A DNA stretch of 64,000 nt from Octopus sinensis (Eukaryota), in the NCBI RefSeq assembly GCF_006345805.1, contig NC_043010.1:32364001-32428000 (forward strand). The letters run 5' to 3'. Each line of letters opens with the position of its first letter. The first letter of the stretch is position 1. A program made the position numbers and the translations under genes. The notes under the pieces were generated by a model. It saw only the letters and a program-made list of their open reading frames with translations, did not search any database and was not told where the DNA came from. Positions 40,864 to 54,877 of this stretch are shown here, one piece after another.

Positions 40864-42029
40864 GGCGTAGGAGTCGCTGTGTGTACGAACCACATGGTTC
40901 AGGGTTCAGGCCCACTGCGTGGCACCTTAGGCAAGTGTCTTCTACTATAGCCTCGGGTCGACCAAAGCCTTGTGAGTGGATTTGGTAGACGGAAACTGAA
41001 AGAAGTCTGTCGTATATATATATACTAGCAGCATAGCCCGGGTATGTAGGAAACTTTGTCGATAAGCAATGCCCTTTACCTTTTTACCCTTTTTTGTACT
41101 CATTGAACCGTTATTTTATAAAATAAAGCCTAAAAGGCATTAAGGCATTCAAGGCACCGTTCCCTTGCATGCATGACTACAGCCCAACATTACTCGGATT
41201 TGAAGCAAAAGGAAAACATATGCCATTTCTAGTAACCTTTATGATAAAAGCGGCAAAAATCGACTAAATCGCCTGAAATCCGCCAAATATTTAACAAAAG
41301 TCAGTTTTGTAGGGTTCACATGGTCGGTCTCAAAATGATATGGTTTTGTCGATTTCTCACAATACTTGTTAACTGCATTGACAGAAGGTCGTTAGTTTGA
41401 CATTTAATGCAAACTTGATGTCCAACGTCAGTGTAGGGAAAATCTATGTGAACTTTCAAAAAATATCGCAGAAAAATCGGTTTGCTATGTGGCCACATAT
41501 GATGTAATTAACCGATTTTTTCCAGTAATAACGTATCCTATTAGAATCAAAAGGGCCATATAGCTCCTTGGAGCAGACATGATGGTCGCTCTGAATTTCA
41601 AAAAAACATTCCTGCCAATTTGTTAAAGATATTGTCGAAAATATGTCATCTTGAATTTTAACGCAATTTCCCAAAATGGCATGATTTTATCGATTTTTTC
41701 TGATGGTAAGGTATTGCATGGAAAACTAACATCAGAATTAAGTTCCTTAGGGTAACATTAAGCTTCACCAGGAGTTTTTGTGAAAGTCGATTGCAAGTTG
41801 CGAAAACTACAATGGAAAATGCGTTGCATATGATAAGCTTAGATTCTCGACCCCTTGTCGAATTTATCGATTTTTTTCAGAACTGGGGGAACTTTTCAAA
41901 ATTTTCGCTGCGTTAGTTTTGAATTATGACATTGGGATATGTGTGTGTCAAGTTTCATCAGAATTGGTTCAAAGCCATGTCAAGGTGAGGGTACAACCTG
42001 ACAGACACACAGATAGACAAACTGCCTTT

Positions 42030-42061
<32 letters not shown>

Positions 42062-42300
42062 GTGTGTGTGTGTGGTGTGTGTGTGTGTGTATAAGTTTGT
42101 GTGTCTGTGTTTGTCCCCCTAACATCGCTTGACAACCAATGCTGGTGTGTTTACGTCACCATAACTTAGCAGTTTGGCAAAAGCGACTGATAGAATAAGT
42201 ACTAGGCTTACAAAGAATAAGTCCTGGGGTTGATTTGCTCGACTAAAGGCAGTGCTCCAGCATGGCCACAGTCAAATGACTGAAACAAGTAAATAGTAAA
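40864..42300 (+). mobile_element. Family A SINE split by a Helitron insertion
   Basis: Head at 40864-41020. The body resumes at ~42060 and ends TGACTGAAACAAGTAAA. Confidence 0.85.
41025..42045 (-). mobile_element. Non-autonomous Helitron (~1 kb)
   Basis: Minus-strand 3' end CCCGGGCTATGCTGCTAG|T. 5' end TATATATAAAAGGCAGTTTGTCTATCTGTGTGTCTGTC. No long coding ORF. Confidence 0.7.
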
Positions 42301-42404
42301 TAATAATACATATGTATATGGATACATGTGAGCATGCATATGCATGCATGCAGACATATACACATACATACATTCATATATACAAGTCTATCCTCTTTTA
42401 TTCT

Positions 42405-42610
42405 TTTACTCTTTTACTTCTTTCAGTCATTTGGCTGTGGCCATGCTGGAGCACTGCCTTTAGTTGAGCAAATCGACCCCAGGACTTATTCTTTGTAAGC
42501 CTAGTACTTATTCTATCGGTCTTTTTTGCCAAACCACTAAGTTATGGGGGACATAAACACACCAGCATCAGTTGTCAAGTGATGTTGGGGGAACAAACAC
42601 AGACACACAA

Positions 42611-42643
<33 letters not shown>

Positions 42644-42836
42644 CACACATATATATATATATACATATATGCAACGGGCCTCTCTCAGTTTCCCTCTACC
42701 AAATGCACTCGCAAGGCTTTGGTTGGCCCGAGGCTACAGTAGAAGACACTTGCCCAAGGTGCCATGCAGTGGGACTGAACCCAGAACCATGTGGTTCGTA
42801 AGCAAGCTACATACCACACACCCACCCCTACGCCTG
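42405..42836 (-). mobile_element. tRNA-derived SINE, family A
   Basis: Full-length reverse-complement copy. Confidence 0.9.
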
Positions 42837-44012
42837 TTGATGTTGTCTAATTTCCAGTGAAAGACTCTTGCTTGTACATTAGAGGCTGGCTCTAACTCCA
42901 TTAGTGAGAAATTTGAAAAATAAAACCATGAAAAATCTCTCTCTCTCTTTTCTCCCTCTCTTTCTCTTTTCTCCCTCCCTTTCTCTCTCCCCTCTCTCTC
43001 TCTCTCACACGCACACAGATACAACCAATATTCATTCATTGATGTATATACAAACATACATAAATTCATGCACATGCACATGAATAGCCCATGTCTATCC
43101 ATACACGCACGTGTATATGCAAACATATATATGCATATACACACACACATAAACACACACGCATATAAACCTACATACACATACCTATATACATACACAT
43201 ATTATCAATACCTCTTTCAAGTATTCTTAACATTCTCCCCAAAGCTTTCAAGTTCTTCCAATTTCATTGTATTCTATAAATCTCTTCATAAATTGTCCAA
43301 AATATATACTTTTTGATTGACCACCACTCATTAGGAAAGTCTACCTTTAACATTCAGCCAGTCATTGATGTTACTGTCTCCCATTGTCTTACATAAAATT
43401 CTGCTTCACAGACAATTAATGTTAAAGGTCATGTGTTAGGTTACTGCCAGCTATTGTTACATCTCCAGTGTTGCTAGTCTGTTAATATATACTGTAAAGT
43501 TTGTACTAACATATATACTGGTAGGAGATAATAAAATTTAATCAATTAAAATGATGCCTTTAATGAGGAGAAAAATATAATTATCTTTATGATTAGGTGC
43601 AAGCATGGCTATGTGGTTAAGAAACTTGCTTAGCAACCACATGATTTTAGGTTTAGTCCAACTGTGCAATTTCGGTTGACCAGTGTTTTATACACACACA
43701 CACACACATGCGCACACTCACATGCATGCGCACGCACACACTTACACACACACATGCACACACACACACACACACGTGCATGCATGCACACACTCACACA
43801 AACACACACTCAAACACATGTATATATTATTGTTATACAACGATGCTGTTGACTGTAACTTCAAAATTCCAGCCATTGTTGGAAACTTCAAAGTTACTGT
43901 CAGCAACATTCGTGTATAAGAATAATAAATTTGTACTCTACAAGAGTGTTGAGTTATTCATTAGATTAAGGTAAAATTTTTATCATAACTGAACATAAAA
44001 ACAAGCATTAAC

Positions 44013-44043
<31 letters not shown>

Positions 44044-44696
44044 ATATAAAAATACAAAATGGGACAAGAACGCAAAACATTCAAATAGATGACACAAAAA
44101 ATGGACGGGTCATTTGAAGCCTCTAATCTTCAGTCAAGAACCGGATCATCCTCGCAATTTTGGCTGATTAATCTTGAGATCACTCCGATCCGGCCAGCCC
44201 CAAGGAAAACTAAGCTACAAGCGTTAGATTTCTTGGAAAAAGGATTGAATGTATATATGCAAACACACATGTATGTATGATGTATGTATGTATGTCTTTG
44301 TGTTTTTCCCCCTCCCCACGGCTTGACAGTCGGCTTTAGTTTGTTTATGTCCTAACTACTTAGCAGTTTGTCAAAAGAGACAATGTAATACATACCAGAC
44401 TTAAAAAATATAGTCCTGATAGTGCCCTAACATGGTCACAATCCAAAATCTGAAACAAGTAAGAGAAAAAGATTAATTCTAGTGAGAGTGGGGAAAACAA
44501 ATCTGCAATTAAAAATAATTAAAATTAATTGTAAAGAGAAAATAGTTGTCAGTGACTTATGTTTGCCAGTACAGTGATACAGCTGAGTACATTTCATCGT
44601 TGTTCAACTGCATCAAGAAAATTTCATCTAATGATTAGCATTGTTAGGCCTAAGAAGACTTGTTTGTTTAAGATATATTTCACAATCTTTCTGTAA

Positions 44697-45069
44697 GGTG
44701 CAGGAGTGGCTGTGTGGTAAGTAGCTTGCTTACCAACCACATGGTTCTGGGTTCATTCCCACTGCGTGGCACCTTGGGCAAGTGTCTTCTGCTATTGCCT
44801 CGGGCCAACCAAAGTGAGTGGATTTGGTAGACGGAAACTGAAAGAAGCCCGTCGTATATATGTATATGTTTGTGTGTCTCTGTTTGTCCCCCAACATCGC
44901 TTGACAACAGATGGTGGTGTGTTTACATCCCCGTAACTTAGCGGTTCAGCAAAAGAGACCAATAGAATAAGTACTAGGCTTCCAAAGAATAAGTCCTGGG
45001 GTCAGTTTGCTCGACTAAAGGCGGTGCTCCAGCATGGTTGTAGTCAAATGACTGAAACAAGTAAAAGAG
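44697..45069 (+). mobile_element. tRNA-derived SINE, family A
   Basis: Full-length copy. Confidence 0.9.
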
Positions 45070-46859
45070 TATTGCATTCTTATACTTTCTTTTATTATAT
45101 TTTTGATGATTTTGAATTACTTTATACTGTTTTTCTAGAAAAGGTATAACTGAATCACAGTATATCATAAGTTAAATCAAAGGGTTGTCAACAGGGACAG
45201 TTTGTGACCTTAAAACATGCCTCAAAAAATTCAGCCAATGTCAATTTAAAGCAATGATCATGATGATGGTGGTGGTGGTGTTGGTAGTGGTAACAAATTA
45301 CAGTGTTTTTTCATCAAGAATGTAGCTGTACATTTTAGAAAACCAAATGTTTGTATGATACTCCACTCTAGAAATGCATTGTTAATCATGTCTGCTAATG
45401 AGACATATAAAGGTTTTAATTGCTTGCAATGGATATGCTCTCATGTTGGCATCCATCATACAGGCAATTAAATTTGTGAAATGTGTTGTTCCTTGTATAG
45501 AGTCTCTTGCCATTGTGACCAATACTAAATGTGATTATAGTATCTGTTTCATCTGCATTGGTGTTAGATGTAGTACATGTTCTGTTGTGTAGTGTACTGT
45601 GTTTGTGTGTGTTCTCATACTTGTTATGAAGAAAAGTTTCCCTAATCTTGCATCTTTATATTGTATAGCTAACTTTAGTTCCATATAACTTCTCCCACTC
45701 ATTGCATATGGTTATTGCTATTCAGTTGGTTTCTGCAATAAACTTTATATCTATTATCAAGTTTCTCTGATGTTATACAAACAATGAGAGGATGGGAATA
45801 ATAATATATAACCCAGTTTAACACTACCATGTGCTAGTTTAACACCACCGTGTGTTCCTTTGTTGGCTTAACAGGAGTCTGCTATGTTGCAGCATTCAAA
45901 CCAGGTTTGGAGATAACTTTCTTCCTTCATTTTATGTGTGTTGAAGACCTTGAAAATGTTTATGGATTTGGTCCTTCCTTTTAGGATTGTCATGTGCAAT
46001 AAGTGAATAGAAAGACTCAGTACCAATATGGGAAAGATTATATATCATCAGTTATAACACCAGTCTGACCATCCACTTCCCTTGTAATGATAATAACTGT
46101 TTTTAACATAAATTTAAGGGAGAAGGGTTGTTGATAAACTGAATTTACTATTTGACAGCTATTTTATTTATTTATTTATTTTATTTACTCTGAAAGGATG
46201 AAAGACAAAGTTGGCCTCAGCAGGATTTGAACTCAGAACATACAGAGCTGGAAAAAAGTGCAAGGCGTTTTGTCCAGCACTCTAGCATTTCTATAAATCC
46301 ATCACCCTAACAATAATAATAATCCTTTCTAGTATAGGCACAAGGCCTGAAATTTTGGGGGACAGTCTAGTCAATTAAATCAACCCCAGTTTGCAACTGG
46401 TACCTCATCAACCCCCAAAAGGATGAAAGGCAAAGTCGGCCTCAGTGAAATGATAATAATTACTTCAAATTTTAGTACAAGGTCAACAATGTGAGGGAGA
46501 GAGATTAGTCAACTACATTGACCCCAGTATTTAATTGGTACCTATTTTATTGACCCTCAAAGGATGAAAGGCACAGTCCACTATGATGGTAGAACAAAAG
46601 TGCATTTTGTTTTATACGCTAATGATTTTGCCAACTTACCACCTGAATAATAATAAAATGATAATAATAATTTTTTTTTTCCTACTATAGACACAAGACT
46701 TGATATTCGGTGGGCGGGAACTAGTCAATTGCATTGACCCAAGTACTTGACTGGTACTTATTCCATCAAAAGTATGAAAGGCAAAATGAAATTTTGTGGA
46801 ATTTGAACTCAGAACATAAAGGCAGACAAAATGCCACTGTGTCTTGTTCAGTGTGCTAA

Positions 46860-46981
46860 ATAATAATGATGATGATGTTGATAATGGTGGTGGTGGTGGT
46901 GGTGGTGGTGGCAGTGGAGGTGGCGGCAGCGGTGATGATGATGATGATGACAATGATGATGATGATAATGACGATGATGAC

Positions 46982-47010
<29 letters not shown>
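46860..47010. repeat. Compound (GAT/GGT/GGC)n microsatellite
   Basis: Visible directly. Explains the poly-D, poly-G and poly-M ORFs. Confidence 0.95.
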
Positions 47011-47013
<3 letters not shown>

Positions 47014-49389
47014 CTTTATTAACCACAAGGGTTTACATTAAGAAACACATTATGAACAGTACAGGACAAAACAAAGAATGTGTGTGAGTGTGTGTTGTTA
47101 TGAAGGTTTTGCGTGTAAACAAGACCAACAAAATTTTTCAAAATCAACAATGTGTGATCCTCAATTGAGAGGAGATGTTCGAGGGCTGCTCATGGAAAAA
47201 TCCCATAATTCCATTAAAATCCCCACCACAACCAAGACCACCATCATCACCACTACTACAAAGCAAATATAGAAACAGCAATCGTGATAACAACTATGAA
47301 GCGGGGAACAAGAAAGATAGCAACAACATCAAACAAATACAATAACAAGAACAACAACATCAAACAACACTACAGTGGTAACAACAACATGAACATCAAA
47401 CACTAGGCGTACCAAAAAAGAAACACCATAACAACAACAATAGCAATAAGAACAATGTTAACAATAAAAGCAACAAACACCATTGTCAACAACAACAACA
47501 ACAACTATTCTTAGCTCAAAATAAAATAGTTTCCGATAGAGCAGAGGGCGAAGGTGAGGAGTCTGAAACTGAATTATAGAAAATAGTATTATGTTTATTG
47601 AATAAGAAACCCCTCCCTTTCTCTAAAAATATGGAAGCTTAATATCGAAATGATTTGTGAGTCACTATAGTAACAACACTAACACTTTCAACAGCAACAA
47701 TGAAAGCTTCTGTGGCTACATGATCTGTTAGAAATAACAGCCAGATTCCTCCAACTCACACCCCACTGTCTTAAAGCTAGAAGGACAATGTAAAAAGTAG
47801 TTTTGAACATAGACATACTTGATTGAGGCAGATCTGAGGTTAAGCAACATCACTAGTAACACTTTTTGTCAGTAAACAGAGGGAAAAATGAAAGATACAT
47901 GAGATTCTGTACTTTAAATAGAGTATGTATGAAATACAAATGGGATGGTCATGACTGGACTACCTTTATTCATAGGTCAACTTATTAGGGACTAACCCAG
48001 GGCTAATCAACTACAACATTAGTCAGTAGTTCTGACATCAAGAAAAATGGATTTTGTCTCATTGAAATATAATAATAACATAGAATATTGTTTTTATTGA
48101 CTTGGGGTTCAGTTCTAATTGAGATACCCCCAGAGGGAACTTATACAGAGCTGCTCAACATGCTAGACACAGCAGTCAAATCTCCTGCAAATCTTATCTT
48201 CTTAAAAAAGAAGGGCATATTGGGCAATGTCACTATCATGATGATGATGCTGTTCTTTATGGTTTACTCCCAAAAATGTGTCACAAGGTGGTTTATAACA
48301 AAATGAACAAAAAGTTAAGAAAGAAAATTAAGAAAATAAACCCACCTATGTCAGTGCACATGACGGGGTCTGAGGGTTTACCTAAGCACTCCAGATGCAC
48401 CCTGGTGAGCAAGGAAGAAATGAGTAGGCTAATAGCAAAATAAGGATCAGAGATCAGAGACCTGGATAGGAAAATGGTGGGCTTTTGTTACCTATATTTC
48501 GGCAATGACTAACTGATGATAATGTAATAATTTGTTTTACAAGAGGTTTAAAAAGTCTATATGAGGTCACTCATATTGTGGGGTCGAGTGGCCTTCATTC
48601 AATTTTTCCCTATTTATAACCATCTTCTCTATTTGTTTTTCTTTTTTTTCCCCAGTTATATGTTTGTCTGTTCTTGTATTGTCCTTCTTTGTAGCTCCAT
48701 GTGGGTGATTAAGAATATATCATACCAATACAACCTTAATATCCCAACAATTATTCAAGCTGATCACATGGGGGAATGGTGTTTGCCTCTATTTTGGATG
48801 AAAACACCAAGTCTCATTGAATTCCCTGACGTTGTCATAAAGACAACAATAAATCAAGGAGCACTATTCATAGATGACATCTTTTGAGTGGTTATCTCCC
48901 TTGGATTTCACTGCTGGGCAAACAGTTGTGTCAGATGGTAAATTTGTTTACATTATCTTATATTATACACTCGGTGTATGTGATGTTCATATGCTTGTGT
49001 GCTGAGGTAGTTCTTCCTGAGTTCATATTTCTTCTGTGAGTGGAATTTGTGTGTTATATATATTCAAATCTCACATTCAGGAAAGGGGCTATCCTGGTGG
49101 GATTAGTGTCACAGGAGGTGGTTCCTCTTTGATGCGTTTAAGTGTGAAATATTGCCTTGTATGGGGGGGGGGGCGGGGAGAAAAGATTTAATGCGTAATG
49201 TTTAGGGTGTTATCTGTTGACTGTACGATATTTAATATTTCAGTGATACTGAATTCACATTTGACACCCTGTCCTCTGTATTTTCTGGCTTTAGCAATGA
49301 TGTACCATTTTATCTGGGGGTTACTTATTCTACCTTCTTTTAATGTCCATATCATATTGGATAGAGATGTTGCATGTTTTTATTTTTGT

Positions 49390-49800
49390 ATCTGAATGAC
49401 TCCAGGTGTTGTGTGCACCTTTCCTTGAACGAGTTATCCATCATTCCAATATACATCTTTGCTACTCCATTGAGGTCTGTGATTTTGGACTTGTATAGTA
49501 TGTTTTTTTCAATACAGTTATTCAGAGGGAAGTGGTTTGGAGATTTAAAGTTGTATTGTCTTTCGGGGGGTATCTTTTATTGTGGTTCAGTATTTGCTAT
49601 AAGATGGGTTAAACCACAAGAATTTTCCTATGCACCTTCTTAGTCTTTTTGTATTTGGTTCAATGTAGTTTATGCTATTGTTGAAGTTGGCCCTTTCTAA
49701 TGCAGCAAAAACTGGGTTAATAGCCAGGTGAAATATTTTCTGTACTGGATAACAAAGCTTTCTGTACAGGCTAACAAATCTGTCCTGTGGTAGATGAGGG
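49390..49800 (-). mobile_element. Decayed PLE linker and GIY-YIG
   Basis: KFLWFNPSYSKY, FPLNNCIEKNILYK and MYIGMMDNSFKERCTQH. Ends at the SINE starting at 49807. Confidence 0.7.
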
Positions 49801-49806
49801 AATCCA

Positions 49807-49969
49807 GGTGCAGGATTGGCTGTGTGGTAAGTAGCTTGCTTACCAATCACATGATTCTGGGTTCAGTCCCACTGTGTGGCACCTTGGGCAAGTGTCTTCT
49901 TCTATAGCCTCGGGCCGACCAAAGTCTTGTGAGTGGATTTGGTAGACGGAAACTGAAAGAAGCACATCG

Positions 49970-50047
<78 letters not shown>

Positions 50048-50283
50048 TTATGTGTGTGCATATGTTTGTGTGTGTGTGTGTGTGTATTTGTTCCCCCACA
50101 TTGCTTGACAACTGATGCTGATGTGTTTACGTCCCCGTAACTTAGCAGTTTGGCAAAAAGACACCGATAGAATAAGTACTAGGCTTACAAAGAATAAGTC
50201 CTGGGGTCGATTTGTTCAACTAAGGTGGTGTTCCAGCATGGCTACAGTCAAGTGACTGAAACAAGTAACAGAGTAAAAGAGAG
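49807..50283 (+). mobile_element. tRNA-derived SINE, family A
   Basis: Full-length copy with an expanded (TA)n. Confidence 0.9.
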
Positions 50284-51384
50284 AGAAATCAGAAGTCAGC
50301 ATGCTGTCACCAGTCAAATTTGTAAATTTGAGGTATAGTCACCAAATAAAATTAGTATGTTGATATGGAGTGATATATGAAATACACACAGATAATGGAT
50401 TTTTATACATTTATTCCAGTGTTTCACATGTTGTCAAAATAAATATTTGGGCGATCTGGTTCCATACTGTAATCACATCAGTCAATTGATCCATAGCCAA
50501 TAGACTATAAAAATAGAGACTGGACCTGCTCCTTTATCGTCTTCAGAGCTGCAACATGCTGACTGCCAAAAATTAAAAAAAATTTTTAATTGGAATCTAC
50601 ATTGATAACAAGCTAAAGGAGGATTCCTCTTGGAGTTGAAAATAGAAGTAACATCAGTTCATACAGAACTGCTGTCTTGAAGATCTTAAGTATATTTGAA
50701 AACTAAGTAATCTATTTTAAGTATTTGGTCAGTGCTACACTAGCAACAGGAAGAAGGACTGTTATTGCCATAAGTGTCCAAGATTCATAAATCTCACCAG
50801 GAAAAGATTGAAATCTGATATTTTGCCATTTTATTAAGCGTTATTGCAGGACACAAGGAATACTATGTTGAAATTTAGGACTAGATTTTGAAATGTTAGT
50901 AGAAAGAAGGGAGTTTTAAGTTATGACAAGAATACATTAACAGATTGAAGACATGTTGAATTATTTAAAGAGAGAGAACAATTCACTATTCCCTATATAT
51001 TAAGATATTTGGCTTCCAGTTAATAATGCAGATAAGAATACTAATAAACTGAATTCATAAAGCTATAATATAATACAATATAGTAAAAGAAAGATAGCCA
51101 AAATAATAGATTGTAAAAAAAAAAAAAAAGGTGGAGGAGATTAAGACAAAGGATAGATTAATTAGAAAAATTAAGGAAATTTAAAGTGAAAATCCTCTTA
51201 CATATATAATAAGTAGAAAAAACAAAACAAATGAAAAGAAAACATCTGAAATATCTAATTTAAAATGCCAATAACACTAAATTATTGTACCAGGAAAAGA
51301 CAGATGGGAATTATTATATCAAGGTGCAATCCAATGGTCATTCCTGACTGAAGGGGGTCTCCTCCTCCTCGTCTTATTATTAAG

Positions 51385-51985
51385 GTGGTGAGCTGGTAGA
51401 ATCATTAGCATGCTTGGCAAAAATTCTTGGCATTTTACCTATGTTTACATCTGGGGTGTGGAGGTGCAATGGCCCAGTGGTTAGGGCAGTGGACTCACTG
51501 TTGTGAGATTGCAGTTTCAATTCCCAGACCAAGCATTGTGAGTGTTTATTGAGCAAAAACACCTAAAGCTCTACAAGGCTGCAGCAGGGGAGGAGCGAAC
51601 CCTGCTGTAATCTTTCACCACAACTTTCACTCTTTCTTCCTGTTTCTATTGTATCTGTATTTCAAAGGGCCAGCCTTGTTACACACTGTGTCATGTAGAA
51701 TCTCCCTAAGAACTATGTTAAAGATGCATGTGTCTGTGGATTGCTTGGCCACTTACACGTTAATTTCATGAGCAAGCTGCTCCGTTGATCGGATCAGCTG
51801 GAACCCTCGTTGTCATAACCAACAGAGTGCCACGACAACATATGGAGTTCAAATTCTGTCAAGGTTGACTTTACCTTTCATCCTGTCAGGGTTGATGAAA
51901 TAAGCACCATTTGAACACAGGGGTTGATGTTATTGACTTATTTCCTCCTCTAAAATTTCTAGTTTGGTGCAAAAATTTGAAACCA
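51385..51985 (+). mobile_element. Family B SINE interrupted by a family C SINE (51460-51840)
   Basis: B head at 51385-51450, C element, then B box B and central domain resume at 51841. Confidence 0.75.
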
Positions 51986-52022
51986 TTATTATTATTATAA
52001 TTATTATTATTATTATTATATT

Positions 52023-52075
<53 letters not shown>

Positions 52076-52077
52076 TA

Positions 52078-52125
<48 letters not shown>

Positions 52126-52174
52126 CATTATTATATTATTATTATTATCATCATTATCATCATTATTATTATTA

Positions 52175-52212
<38 letters not shown>

Positions 52213-52229
52213 CATCATCATTATTATTA

Positions 52230-52270
<41 letters not shown>

Positions 52271-52824
52271 GAGTGAGAGAGCAGTTCATGCCATCAAAGT
52301 GACACTGGGGTAAAATATACGAAGCCCAATATACCCGTCATGACTACCCGTCTGATAAGGGTACACCAGGCACATGCATCACAACCATATGTGCGCGACA
52401 TGGTGATCTCATATCAAGATAAACAGCACATGACCTTGCAGGTGGGGCTCAGTTAAAATTTTCTTCAGGTTGAGTAGCCCATCCCGCTCAAAAGGTCCCT
52501 GAATAAGGGTTAAGGATGTTGAAAGAACCATCCATGTTTCCATAGGTCAATTATTCAAACCCCAAAGAATCCCTCTCAACACATGGCTATGATTCTCCCC
52601 CACTACTTCTGCTCGCGATCAGAGATGCACATATCGTCAGCCACTAAGGGACATGCTCAACTGGTTAAAGTCAAACAACTGACAAGCAAATCTGTGGTAT
52701 TGAGCAGAATATTTGCTGTAGCCCATCTTTTATACCAAGACAAAACAATGTACATGATAACACTTCCAATCAGTTAAGATCAGAAGCCATGAGAGCCAGT
52801 GCCTGGTACTGCATCAGGGCATTT

Positions 52825-52825
<1 letters not shown>
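52271..52825. repeat. ~555-bp probable interspersed repeat flanked by (ATT)n microsatellites
   Basis: GC-richer non-coding block between long ATT/ATC tracts at 51985-52270 and 52826-52910. Confidence 0.55.
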
Positions 52826-52910
<85 letters not shown>

Positions 52911-53300
52911 TGTTGTTGTTGTTACATAGATAGGCTGAACCATTTATCATGAATTCCCTAAATAATATAGTGAGATTTCAGATTTACAAATCTTCAATGC
53001 TTACTGCAATAGTGGCTCCTTTTTCCTGTTGCCAGTATAATATTGAACAAATATTTGCTCAAAATAATAGAGGACCTAGTTTTCAAGTAATAACTTTTTG
53101 GTCAAATTCCTAGCTTTTGGCAGCTCTGAAAATAAAGAAGCAGGTCCATTTTGAATTTTTTCACCTGATCAACTATAGATTGATTGATTAATAGGATTAC
53201 ACTATGGAACCAGATCTCTCTAATATTTTATTGGAAACATAAATCTAGAATAAACATATAAAAATTTATTATATATATGTACACACACACACATGTATAT

Positions 53301-53670
53301 GGACACAGGCATGGCTGTGTGATAAGAAGCTTACTTCTGAGTCACATTGTTCTGGGTTCAGTCCCAATGCATAGAACCTTGGGCAAGTGTCTTCAACTAT
53401 ATCCTCAGGCCTTGTGAATGAATTTGGTGGACAGTGTGTGTGTGTGTGCGTGTGTGTGTGTCTTTGTATCTGTGTTTGTCCCCACCCCCATTACTGCTTG
53501 ACATCCTGTGTTGGTATGTTTACTTCCCTGTAACTTAGCAGTTCAGTAAGAGACCAACAGAATAAGTGCTAGGCTTAATGAATAAGTCCTGGAGTTTGAT
53601 TTGTTTGACTAAAACCTTTCAGTGTAATGTTCCAGCATAGCCACAGTCAAATGACCAAAACAAGAAAGAG
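53301..53670 (+). mobile_element. Older family A SINE
   Basis: Diverged full-length copy. Confidence 0.8.
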
Positions 53671-54788
53671 AGACAGAGAGATAGATTGATAAAAAGCATC
53701 AATACTGGGCATATTTCATCAAGTTGGTGTCATGATAAAAAGTACCTAGTATACTCTGTAAGGTGATTGGTGATTGAAAGGGCATCTGTATGGAGAAACA
53801 TTGTCAAATAGAAGCATATGAGTGAGACATGATCTCCTGTCTTGTCTAGTGAAGCAGTGATTTCAAATATGAACTCATACCATGACAAGCTATTCAACCT
53901 ATGCCAACATGGAAAGTGAATGGGAAGTGATGATAATGATGATGATCATTATTTAAGACAAACAATATTCAAATATTTGGAGAATAAAGCAATTCCTTCT
54001 TCAATGTGAATTAAATGGCAATGAAAGTTAGAAGACAGAATTCAAAATTTCCCAAATGGGAAGGAGATCATATTTCATAAAAAATGTTAGTGGATATTGA
54101 TATATTCTATATATCGTTCTTTTGACAGAAAACTGTTTTTAAGAGAAACACAATCTTTTAGAATGTTTGGCAGACGATGTAAATAAATGAATATATAAGT
54201 AAATAAATAAAGGTGTTTTAACTCAATATTGCTGCATATGTATATATCTGAAATATTTGTGTTACATAGGAGAGAACTCAATCCAACAGAATGGAAGAAT
54301 GATAAATATATTTATATATTACTTTCAAAAGAAACAACATATATTTAACTGTGAGTTTGATGGATTGAGTTCTCTCTAATGTTTAACAAATATTACAAAT
54401 ATACAAAATACAGCAATATTTGGTTAAAATACTATTAGTTATTTATATATTTATTCATATCATCCACCGAAGATTCTATGAGGTTGTGTTTCTCTTAAAA
54501 TAGTTTTCTGCCGAGAGAATGATATACAAAATATAACATCAACAGCTACTGATATTTTTATGAAATAGGATCTCATTCCCATTCAGGAAATTTTGAATTT
54601 TTGAATGATTTTGTCTTGTAGCTCACATTACCATTTATTTCTTGCTGAAAATTCTACTAAATATCAAACCACATTTTTTCTTTGAGATGTTTCAATACAA
54701 ATTTTTTGTTATAAAAAAAACTTCTCTACTTCACTCTATTAATGACTCTTGCTTTGTGACATAAAAATGTCTAAAATAAATGCCATTA

Positions 54789-54877
<89 letters not shown>

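Noticed and set aside
48495-48525. TTTCGG and CTGATGA close together
   Set aside because: The two core halves lie on opposite strands.
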